From Auanema rhodensis (Eukaryota; Animalia; Nematoda), in assembly GCA_964057225.1 (NCBI GenBank), contig OZ059899.1:15562001-15626000 (forward strand): a stretch of DNA of 64,000 nucleotides, given 5' to 3'. Every line of letters begins with the position of its first letter. Position 1 is the first letter of the stretch. The translations under genes were made by a program, and so were the position numbers. Positions 12,320 to 24,100 of this stretch are shown here, piece after piece. The notes beneath the pieces were generated by a model. The model made no database searches. It was not told where the DNA came from and worked only from the letters and a program-made list of their open reading frames with translations.

Positions 12320-15300
12320 CACAATTTTTAAATTTTCTGCTAATACTTGCTCTATTCACAATCTAGTCTCTCTTGGGTTTTGATTTGAAAACTATTATTT
12401 TTGTCTATTTCCAGAGTACACAAGAAGAAGATACTAAGCGTCCCCGAAGAGCAAATCGTAGTTCGAACTTTTATTATGAAGATGATTCAGATGATGATGA
12501 TGTAAGTTTCAATATAGATAATGGGCTAATTCTTTATATTATTATTTCAGGATACTCGGGTATGTGGTATGTTTGGGCGACACAAGTGTGATAAATGCCC
12601 TTCACGATTCGAAACCAGACCTGGTTTAGCAAATCATATGCGATTACATGGAGGTATGTGTTGTAGCATTAGCTGCCTTCACTCATATTCTAAGCATTTT
12701 GTATGTTAAATATAGCTTATGACGTATATTCCTTCAGGGGTAAATAGAAAACACACCTGTGAAGTTTGTGATTTTTCATGCGGATCTCTTAAAGCCATTC
12801 GTAATCATCGAAAATGTCATCGTCGCTTAGATAAAGAAGTAAGAAATTTTATTAATTATATCATATAGTTATTGAATTTCTTTAAAGACTACACCAACTC
12901 ATAGTGATACGCGTAGTGAGGATGACAGCAACACATCACCTCCAAAGCTTACTCCCGAAGTTCAGAAAGAATCAACGGAATCACGATGTGAATCAACGTT
13001 ATCTAGTCCTCCATTGTTGAACGGTAAGTCCGGAACAGAATCCGGACAAGAACCGTCATCTTGTTCTTCAGCTACCGACAGTAGCACAAACTCCACGCCA
13101 ACTGAAGCACCTGTAGAACCTACCACGGAAGGTGAACAGCCAACTAGCAACAACAACAACAACAACAACAACAACAGCGACACCAACAACAGCAGTAGCA
13201 ATAGCAACACTAATGAGGTGGTGGTTGCTACACCGCAGATTAAACAATTTGAATGTCCACATTGTCCATTCAAATGTCGCAATCGGCGTCGGCTTGTGAG
13301 TCATACGGAAGGACATCGCAAATCTACCGGATACAGATGTCATCGATGTTCCATGACGACGACAAGTTCTGGATTTTTGAAAGTGCATATTACACAAATA
13401 CATAAAGAAACTTCCAAATACCCATGGCCCCCGAAGTACTTCGTACAAGATGTTGAACAACCATCCCCAAATAAGTTAGCAGCTTCACTCAAGGAAAAGC
13501 TTGAGATGAAGCATAAGCTACGTTCTAAGATTTTCCCGCGTGAAGGTCGACGTGCAGATTATAAGCTGTTCTGTCCTGTTCCTGAATGTTCGCATTTCTG
13601 CTATCTGACAAGTCAGTTAGTATCTCATAAATTTGTTCAACATAATCTCAAGGTACAGTATCTTAAGTTTGAGCTTACATATTTCTTTTCTTTTCAGCCG
13701 AATCAGCCAAATCATAGATGTGTTACATGTGGTATGAGCTTCAAGAGACGTGGAACTCTCTGTTTACATCGCATCAAAAAGCATCCTAAACGAAAGCTTA
13801 ATCCAAAGGTGAAGAGCCTTCTGTATGATGAAGCGCGTGGACGTCATTTCCTTAAGGGGTTCGTAGATATCGACAAAATTTTCATTCACCTTATCAATTC
13901 AGAATCTATAATGCTCGTAATCAAGCTGCAGTGGATGATTTGAATTCTTCGTTAACACAACAGTCTGATATGTCACAACAGACTGTTGCTGCTGCTGCGG
14001 CTGCTGCTGCAGCTCAAGCTTCAATGCCCATTGCTAGTCCACCATTCCCTGGAGTTCAAATGCAATCACCAATGATGAAATCACAACAGATGCCCATGTT
14101 CAATGTTCCATCAACGCAGCAAGGCATGTTGCCACCGCATATGCATCCTCAAGCTCTGCACCATATGTCTCCCGGTCCATCCGGCATTATAATGCCCAAT
14201 GGGCAAACCATATCACCAGGACATCATATGTCTATGTTGCATGGTCAGCATCCTCAGTTCATGATGCAGGCTGGAATAAATGCTATGCAACACCCATCTG
14301 TTATTCAGCACGTTCCCCCACAAGCTCAACGGGCTCCAGAATTACCACATTAGTGAGTGTTTCTACGAATTTAAAATGCTTATCATGTGTTTCAGCTTGA
14401 AAACAGTGTCATCTGAGGTTATTGATGTGCTAGAATTGCCTCGTATCTTGGATCAAGCGTTTAAGTGCGGACAATGCCCTTATACTGCAACAGCTCGTGC
14501 TAAATTAGAGAAGCATGTGGCCCGTCATAAAGCACCCAGTGATTTGAAGGTAGAATTTTTCTATATATTGGACAATTGTATTCATTATTTTAAATCTTTA
14601 GTGCCCTGTTTGTACTTATCAATGCCGTGGTGAAGCGTTCATGCAACAGCATTTCCGAGTTCACGTAGCACTGGCCCAACGAATCACAAGGCTAACGGTG
14701 AATAATCCAAATAGTGATATGACAAGCGCAGTTATACTATCAGCTGCATCATGCATGGTAAGTTAATCTTTATGTTTGCGGTAGTTAGCTTGATCAGTTT
14801 GCAAGCTTTCTACTAATATGCTGTCTCAACACTTCATTCTCTTATCATCTGTTTTTTTTCAGCCATTAGTCCAAAGCCTTGGACTCCATTTAAGCATGGG
14901 CGGTAATCCCGTTCCAAATCCACCACCTTCCGGTCCTACTACAGTTGGTGCTGCAGCTACTGCAGCTGTAGCTGCTGCTCGTCTGATGAGAAATGAACGG
15001 ATGTCGTTGACGAATCCGCGCACCAAAAAAGAACGTACATTCCTTCCCCTTATACTTGTAAGGATTGCACAACCTTTCGTCACTATTGACAAACTTATTT
15101 TCAGCCTGATGGAACACGGTTACGACGTTGCCTCGAATGTCCTTATGCTTCAAAGCATTCTTGTGATATATCTACTCATTATCAAATGCATTTAACAGCT
15201 CCTCAGAAGTAAGTTCAAGTTTCTTTCTGTTATCAGTTCTTTTCCTCTGTACTCGCTTTCTCGTCTTCAAGTTCATGTTGTATCTTTTAAGATTCCGATG

Positions 15301-17513
15301 TAGCCAATGTACTTATTCAACCAAGCGCTCAGTCTGTTTACGGGTTCACTATGAGCAACATCGTGCTCAAAATACTACAGAAGTAAGAATACCGATAGTA
15401 TATTCCAGTACTTATACATTCATTGCAGTCTATTGCTAATCCACTGCCTCTTAAAGTCAACGGAGTTCCAATAGGAATCCGGTCTGGTACCGGAAAACTT
15501 CGAATTTACTCTTGTAAAATGTGTCCATTTGCCGGTAGAACAATCTCTTCGCTTTGGAGACATGCAAGGTACGCACAATGCCAAGAACTTCATATGTTTA
15601 TTGATTTGATTTTGTTTCAGAAATCATGTTTTCATTCGTAATCCAACTTATCGTTGTCCAAGTTGTGAATTCTTTGGTAACAAAGATGTTCTTGATCAGC
15701 ATGTTCTCCTTCACACACCAGAAGTACATCCAGTGCTTCTTCGATCATCTCAAACTCCTGTTACAATGAAACGGTACTGCTTTCATCTTTCCATTATACT
15801 CATTATTAATTTTCTATTTTTAGGGAAGCTCCAGAAAATACTTCAACATCAAGTTCCACCAAGCATGTCGTGAAAAGCCGTAAATCCAATCATAGGCTAT
15901 CCACAGAGCCCAACAGCAAAGTTACAACTCCAAGTTCTGCTACACCACCTCCTCCAACCTTATCTCCTGCTCCAATTCTTACACGCGAATGCAATGTTTC
16001 AGAATTGAAGACAGAAGACATAAAGCGAGAACCGTATGACGATCCATACGTCTATAGTTTATTGAAAATGAGAATTTCAGAGTTGAAGACATAAAGTATG
16101 AGAATCAAACAGCTTCGTCCAGCCGCAGTTCGAAAAATTCTGAAGCATCTTCATTGAAGTATGATGGCCCACTCTCTGTAGACATCATCGACAGCATTGT
16201 CAAAGTTCATCCAATTTTGGCTCGGTTACGACGTGAAGAGGAGTGTCAAGGTACATTTCTCCAACTTGATGTGAACATCATCTTAAAATTTGTTTTTTTC
16301 AGTTGGTGGTCAATGTTCAGACTGCCCATATACGGACACTGATGAGGTGTTAATGCGCATACATCGTGATATGCATTCTCAGCCACCTCGTACTCATCAA
16401 TGTGAGCTTTGTTCCTTCAGCTCCAACACACCACAGTGCCTCTACCGTCATATCTCATTACATCTTCCTCCTTTAAGTCCTGGTTCTACTGCAGCATTGA
16501 AGTAATATCCCAACCATGTATAACCTTGCTAATCGTAATATTTTCAGACAAAAAACAGCTTCGAGACGTCGTTATCAACAAGCTGAAATCATTCCATCTG
16601 GAGTAAAGCATTTTTCATGCTACAAATGCTCCTTCAGAACAGTTCATAATGACAAGTTCATGGAGCATATCTATCAACATGTTGAAGATTATCGTCGTCG
16701 TTTGAATACAACAACAAAACGCGAGCAGATGACTGAAGAGTCCAAGCGTATCAAAGTTCAACGAAGAAATCCTAGAAAAACTGACAAACTGGTTAGTTTG
16801 AGTTCTTTTTATTATCGTTTCACTTCAATCAAATTCTTGAGAATTCATCAGTTATACTCAGTTTCATTTCAGTTTTCCTGTGAATTTTGTTCATTCCGAT
16901 CAGAAACCATTACTGCTCTCTCTAGACATTTTGAAATGCATTCGCTTCACGGAATATATCCATGCTCGTAAGTTTTCTTCTACAAATCTTACTTAAAACT
17001 TGGTTTTTCTGTTCTTCTATAGTGAATGAAATCTATTTTCAGCATGTGCACATATAGTTCAAATACAAGAAGCATCACTCAATTCCATGAAATGAATCAT
17101 CACTCCGATCATTCAGCAACGAATCTGCAGAAATCAGCTATTTTAGCTCCAGACGCTATTCGTGTAAGTTTTTCATGTTAACTAAATCATTGTTTTCCAC
17201 TTTCAAGCTTCAAGCTTATTCATTCATTATTATATTTTTCTTATTTTTAGCTTCAAATTGATTCATCGAAATCTGATATTCCAAAATTGGCCGGTCAAAT
17301 GTTCAACTGTGTTAGATGTAATAACTTTTCCTGTATAGGTAAGTGATTGATTTCCTGTGAACGCATACTCAGATTCTTCTTCTTATTTCAGAAAGCCGTG
17401 ATCTTGAGAATCACTGGAAAGAAAATCATAATGAAACTCCTGAAGATAAGGAACAAGCCATGTATATTTCTTTTGGTCTCTTCAATGCTAATGGAATAGC
17501 AACAATAGCCTAA
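11949..17513 (+). CDS. spr-4: Multi-C2H2 zinc-finger transcription factor, about 1364 aa with 18 fingers mostly in pairs; SPR-4 (REST-like) candidate
   Basis: Hand-spliced 23 exons, all GT-AG and phase-consistent: 11949-12047, 12135-12221, 12415-12501, 12551-12653, 12738-12838, 12888-13652, 13698-13858, 13903-14352, 14396-14549, 14602-14757, 14863-15057, 15105-15208, 15292-15382, 15429-15568, 15621-15773, 15824-16033, 16081-16250, 16303-16501, 16548-16791, 16873-16967, 17043-17163, 17251-17338, 17392-17513. Total 4095 nt, TAA at 17511-17513. Fingers include CDKC..HMRLH, CEVC..HRKCH, CPHC..HTEGH, CGQC..HVARH, CLEC..HYQMH, CELC..HISLH, CVRC..HWKENH. The zinc-finger gene itself is near-certain. 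The spr-4 symbol rests only on my recollection that C. elegans SPR-4 is about 1300 aa with 18 fingers (about 0.55 on its own). Confidence 0.85.
13147..13210 (+). repeat. Coding (AAC)n/(AGC)n repeat giving a poly-Asn/Ser tract
   Basis: Translates as SNNNNNNNNNSDTNNSSSNSNTN within exon 6 of the zinc-finger gene. Confidence 0.9.
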
Positions 17514-18044
17514 ATTGCCTTACGTCTTAATATCTTATGTCACAGTCATTGCCGTTGCCGTTGATTATATATGTATTTTGTGAAATTATATATATGTAAT
17601 AAGCTTATATTCTGAGAAAATCATTGATTGTCAGTACTATTGTTATCTATTTTTCATATATATATATATACCTATTCCTAAACCATATATTTAGAAAATT
17701 TGTTTTTTTTCCAATCTCCTTTCATAGTTAGTATTCGTTGAATCATGTCCTTCCCCTTCTTTCAATTTTATTATTTAATTTATATCTTCATTTCATCATT
17801 AGTCACTCACTTTTGCCATCCATGATTTTGACTTTTTTTTCGCTCGTCTTTCTGTTGATCATGTTCATTCTGATATATTCTACAGTTTAGCAGATTTTTT
17901 CATAAAACAAACATGTATTATTACTTTTATATGAAATAACGTTTTTCGAATTTTATGCATTCGTATCAAATTTTCACTCTTTGTTGTAATAGCGGGTAGA
18001 AAAGCAAAACGAAATGCAAATAATTATCGTTTCAAGAGAATATT

Positions 18045-18056
18045 AATAAAAATAAA
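18045..18056 (+). promoter_or_regulatory. Tandem AATAAA, candidate poly(A) signal of the zinc-finger gene
   Basis: AATAAA at 18045-18050 and 18051-18056, about 530 nt after the stop. The AT-rich context makes chance matches likely. Confidence 0.3.
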
Positions 18057-18162
18057 CATTTAATTTATAAAAAAGTATTTATTATTATTATAAAATTACA
18101 AAAAACTACAACAGCAACAGACAATGAATGAACTGCGTCAGAAATGCCTATGACGCACAATA

Positions 18163-21100
18163 TTGCTCGGCTATCATAAACTAAAATCAAATGAAAATAG
18201 TTTGAGGGGGGTATTCCGATGTGTAGATTCTGAATCTTCTAGTGAGTTTTGGCTAGGACTTCTCCTGTTTCCGGAAAAACGGTTTATATCGACCCCATCC
18301 ACAAGATTTGTTCACAAAAAAGTTCAGGCTGTGGACACGTTGTGTCCTATGAATGTTCGCTTTGCTCCAAGACCATCATCGAAAATCAAATAAAAATACT
18401 TTGAGGTGGGGTATTCAGATGTGTAGATTCTGATTCTCCTAATGAGATTTGGCTAGGACTTCTCCTGTTTCCGGAAAAACGGTTTATATCGACCCCATCC
18501 ACAAGATTTGTTCACAAAAAAGTTCAGGCTGTGGACACGTTGTGGCCTGTGAATGTTCGCTTTGCTCCAAGAGCATCATAGAAAATTAAATAAAAATACT
18601 TTGAGGTGGGGTATTCAGATGTGTAGATTCTGAATCTTCTAGTCAGATTTGGCTAGGACTTCTCCTGTTTCCGGAAAAACGGTTTATATCGACCCCATCC
18701 ACAAGAATTGTTCACAAAAAAGTTCAGGCTGTGGACACGTTGTGTCCTGTGAATGTTCGCTTTGCTCCAAGACCATCATCGAAAATCAAATAAAAATACT
18801 TTGAGGTGGGGTATTCAGATGTGTAGATTCTGAATCTTCTAAAGAGATTTGGCTAGAACTTCTCCTGTTTCCGGAAAAACGGTTTATATCGACCCCAACT
18901 ACAAAAATTGTTCACAAAAAAGTTCAGGCTGTGGACACGTTGTGTCCTGTGAATGTTCGCATTGCTCCAAGACCATCATCGAAAATGAAAAAAAAATACT
19001 TTGAGGTGGGGTATTCAGATGTGTAGATTCTGAATCTCCTAATCAGATTTGGCTAGGACTTCTCTTGTTTCCGGAAAAACGGTTTATATCGACCCCATCC
19101 ACAAAAATTGTTCACAAAAAAGTTCAGGCTGTGGACACGTTGTGTCCTGTGAATGTTCGCTTTGCTCCAAGACCATCATCGAAAATCAAATAAAAATACT
19201 TTGAGGTGGGGTATTCAGATGTGTAGATTCTGAATCTCCTAATCAGATTTGGCTAGGACTTCTCCTATTTCCGGAAAAACGGTTTATATCGACCCCATCC
19301 ACAAGAATTGTTCACAAAAAAGTTCAGGCTGTGGACACGTTGTGTCCTGTGAATGTTCGCTTTGCTCCAAGACCATCATCGAAAATCAAATAAAAATACT
19401 TTGAAGTGGGGTATTCAGATGTGTAGATTCTGAATCTTCTAGTGAGATTTGGCTAGAACTTCTCCTGTTTCCGGAAAAACGGTTTATATCGACCCCAACT
19501 ACAAAAATTGTTCACAAAAAAGTTCAGGCTGTGGCCTGTGAATGTTCGCTTTGCTCCAAGAGCATCATAGAAAATTAAATAAAAATACTTTGAGGTGGGG
19601 TATTCAGATGTGTAGATTCTGAATCTTCTAGTCAGATTTGGCTAGGACTTCTCCTGTTTCCGGAAAAACGGTTTATATCGACCCCATCCACAAGAATTGT
19701 TCACAAAAAAGTTCAGGCTGTGGACACGTTGTGTCCTGTGAATGTTCGCTTTGCTCCAAGACCATCATCGAAAATCAAATAAAAATACTTTGAGGTGGGG
19801 TATTCAGATGTGTAGATTCTGAATCTCCTAATCAGATTTGGCTAGGACTTCTCTTGTTTCCGGAAAAACGGTTTATATCGACCCCAACTACAAAAATTGT
19901 TCACAAAAAAGTTCAGGCTGTGGACACGTTGTGTCCTGTGAATGTACGCTTTGCTCCAAGACCATCATCGAAAATCAAAAAAAAATACTTTGAGGTGGGG
20001 TATTCAGATGTGTAGATTCTGAATCTCCTAATCAGATTTGGCTAGGACTTCTCTTGTTTCCGGAAAAACGGTTTATATCGACCCCAACTACAAAAATTGT
20101 TCACAAAAAAGTTCAGGCTGTGGACACGTTGTGTCCTGTGAATGTTCGCTTTGCTCCAAGACCATCATCGAAAATCAAATAAAAATACTTTGAGGTGGGG
20201 TATTCAGATGTGTAGATTCTGAATCTCCTAATCAGATTTGGCTAGGACTTCTCTTATTTCCGGAAAACCGGTTTATATCGACCCCATCCACAAAAATTGT
20301 TCACAAAAAAGTTCAGGCTGTGGACACGTTGTGTCCTGTGAATGTTCGCTTTGCTCCAAGACCATCATCGAAAATCGAATAAAAATACTTTGAGGTGGGG
20401 TATTCAGATGTGTAGATTCTGAATCTCCTAATCAGATTTGGCTAGGACTTCTCTTGTTTCCGGAAAAACGGTTTATATCGACCCCATCCACAAAAATTGT
20501 TCACAAAAAAGTTCAGGCTGTGGACACGTTGTGTCCTGTGAATGTTCGCTTTGCTCCAAGACCATCATCGAAAATTAAATAAAAATACTTTGAGGTGGGG
20601 TATTCAGATGTGTAGATTCTGAATCTCCTAATCAGATTTGGCTAGGACTTCTCTTGTTTCCGGAAAAACGGTTTATATCGACCCCATCCACAAAAATTGT
20701 TCACAAAAAAGTTCAGGCTGTGGACACGTTGTGTCCTGTGAATGTTCGCTTTGCTCCAAGACCATCATCGAAAATCAAATAAAAATACTTTGAGATGGGG
20801 TATTCAGATGTGTAGATTCTGAATCTCCTAGTGAGATCTGGCTAGGACTTCTCCTGTTTCCGGAAAAACGGTTTATATCGACCCCATCCACGAGAATTGT
20901 TCACAAAAAAGTTCAGGCTGTGGACACGTTGTGTCCTGTGAATGTTCGCTTTGCTCCAAGACCATCATAGAAAATCAAATAAAAATACTTTGAGGTGGGG
21001 TATTCAGATGTGTAGATTCTGAATCTCCTAATCAGATTTGGCTAGGACTTCTCTTGTTTCCGGAAAAACGGTTTATATCGACCCCATCCACAAAAATTGT

Positions 21101-24100
21101 TCACAAAAAAGTTCAGGCTGTGGACACGTTGTGTCCTGTGAATGTTCGCTTTGCTCCAAGACCATCATCGAAAATCAAATAAAAATACTTTGAAGTGGGG
21201 TATTCAGATGTGTAGATTCTGAATCTTCTAGTGAGATTTGGCTAGAACTTCTCCTGTTTCCGGAAAAACGGTTTATATCGACCCCAACTACAAAAATTGT
21301 TCACAAAAAAGTTCAGGCTGTGGCCTGTGAATGTTCGCTTTGCTCCAAGAGCATCATAGAAAATTAAATAAAAATACTTTGAGGTGGGGTATTCAGATGT
21401 GTAGATTCTGAATCTTCTAGTCAGATTTGGCTAGGACTTCTCCTGTTTCCGGAAAAACGGTTTATATCGACCCCATCCACAAGAATTGTTCACAAAAAAA
21501 TTCAGGCTGTGGACACGTTGTGTCCTGTGAATGTTCGCTTTGCTCCAAGACCATCATCGAAAATCAAATAAAAATACTTTGAGGTGGGGTATTCAGATGT
21601 GTAGATTCTGATTCTCCTAATGAGATTTGGCTAGGACTTCTCCTGTTTCCGGAAAAACGGTTTATATCGACCCCAACTACAAAAATTGTTCACAAAAAAG
21701 TTCAGGCTGTGGACACGTTGTGTCCTGTGAATGTTCGCTTTGCTCCAAGACCATCATCGAAAATGAAAAAAAAACACTTTGAGGTGGGGTATTCAGATGT
21801 GTAGATTCTGAATCTCCTAATCAGATTTGGCTAGGACTTCTCTTGTTTCCGGAAAAACGGTTTATATCGACCCCATCCACAAAAATTGTTCACAAAAAAG
21901 TTCAGGCTGTGGACACGTTGTGTCCTGTGAATGTTCGCTTTGCTCCAAGACCATGATCGAAAATCAAATAAAAATTTTTTGAGGTGGGGTATTCAGATGT
22001 GTAGATTCTGAATCTCCTAATCAGATTTGGCTAGGACTTCTCTTGTTTCCGGAAAAACGGTTTATATCGACCCCATCCACAAGAATTGTTCACAAAAAAG
22101 TTCAGGCTGTGGACACGTTGTGTCCTGTGAATGTTCGCTTTGCTCCAAGACCATCATCGAAAATTAAATAAAAATACTTTGAGTCGGGGTATTCAGATGT
22201 GTAGATTCTGAACCTTCTAGTGAGATTTGGCTAGGACTTCTCTTGTTTCCGGAAAAACGGTTTATATCGACCCCATCCACAAGAATTGTTCACAAAAAAG
22301 TTCAGGCTGTGGACACGTTGTGTCCTGTGAATGTTCGCTTTGCTCCAAGACCATCATCGAAAATGAAAAAAAAACACTTTGAGGTGGGGTATTCAGATGT
22401 GTAGATTCTGAATCTTCTAGTCAGATTTGGCTAGGACTTCTCCTGTTTCCGGAAAAACGGTTTATATCGACCCCATCCACAAGAATTGTTCACAAAAAAG
22501 TTCAGGCTGTGGACACGTTGTGTCCTGTGAATGTTCGCTTTGCTCCAAGACCATCATCGAAAATGAAAAAAAAACACTTTGAGGTGGGGTATTCAGATGT
22601 GTAGATTCTGAATCTTCTAGTCAGATTTGGCTAGGACTTCTCTTGTTTCCGGAAAAACGGTTTATATCGACCCCATCCACAAGAATTGTTCACAAAAAAG
22701 TTCAGGCTGTGGACACGTTGTGTCCTGTGAATGTTCGCTTTGCTCCAAGACCATCATCGAAAATCAAATAAAAATTTTTTGAGGTGGGGTATTCAGATGT
22801 GTAGATTCTGAATCTCCTAGTGAGATTTGGCAAGGACTTCTTGTGTTTCCGGAAAAACGGTTTATATCGACTCCATCCACAAGAATTGTTCACAAAAAAG
22901 TTCAGGCTGTGGACACGTTGTGTCCTGTGAATGTTCGCTTTGCTCCAAGACCATCATCGAAAATGAAAAAAAAACACTTTGAGGTGGGGTATTCAGATGT
23001 GTAGATTCTGAATCTTCTAGTCAGATTTGGCTAGGACTTCTCTTGTTTCCGGAAAAACGGTTTATATCGACCCCATCCACAAAAATTGTTCACAAAAAAG
23101 TTCAGGCTGTGGACACGTTGTGTCCTGTGAATGTTCGCTTTGCTCCAAGACCATCATCGAAAATCAAATAAAAATACTTTGAAGTGGGGTATTCAGATGT
23201 GTAGATTCTGAATCTTCTAGTGAGATTTGGCTAGGACTTCTCTTGTTTCCGGAAAAACGGTTTATATCGACCCCATCCACAAAAATTGTTCACAAAAAAG
23301 TTCAGGCTTTGGACACGTTGTGTCCTGTGAATGTTCGCTTTGCTCCAAGACCATCATCGAAAATCAAATAAAAATACTTTGAAGTGGGGTATTCAGATGT
23401 GTAGATTCTGAATCTCCTAATGAGATTTGGCTAGGACTTCTCGTGTTTCCGGAAAAACGGTTTATATCGACCCCATCCACAAAAATTGTTCACAAAAAAG
23501 TTCAGGCTTTGGACACGTTGTGTCCTGTGAATGTTCGCTTTGCTCCAAGATCATCATCGAAAATGAAATGAAAATACTTTGAGGTGGGGTATTCAGATGT
23601 GTAGATTCTGAATCTTCTAGTCAGATTTGGCTAGGACTTCTCTTGTTTCCGGAAAAACGGTTTATATCGACCCCATCCACAAAAATTGTTCACAAAAAAG
23701 TTCAGGCTGTGGACACGTTGTGTCCTGTGAATGTTCGCTTTGCTCCAAGATCATCATCGAAAATGAAATGAAAATACTTTGAAGTGGGGTATTCAGATGT
23801 GTAGATTCTGAATCTTCTAGTCAGATTTGGCTAGGACTTCTCGTGTTTCCGGAAAAACGGTTTATATCGACCCCATCCACAAAAATTGTTCACAAAAAAG
23901 TTCAGGCTGTGGACACGTTGTGTCCTGTGAATGTTCGCTTTGCTCCAAGATCATCATCGAAAATGAAATGAAAATACTTTGAGGTGGGGTATTCAGATGT
24001 GTAGATTCTGAATCTCCTAATGAGATTTGGCTAGGACTTCTCTTGTTTCCGGAAAAACGGTTTATATCGACCCCATCCACAAAAATTGTTCACAAAAAAG

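Noticed and set aside
12962-15153. Antisense ORFs over the zinc-finger gene (and + strand ORFs over gpdh at 58948-59482)
   Set aside because: Shadows of real coding exons and codon repeats on the opposite strand.
22059-22083. GGTTTATATCGACCCCATCCACAAG resembles an SL2-type leader (GGTTT..ACCC..CAAG)
   Set aside because: No GT donor follows the putative leader, there is no properly placed Sm site, and the terminal AAG is polymorphic. Not an SL RNA array on this evidence.
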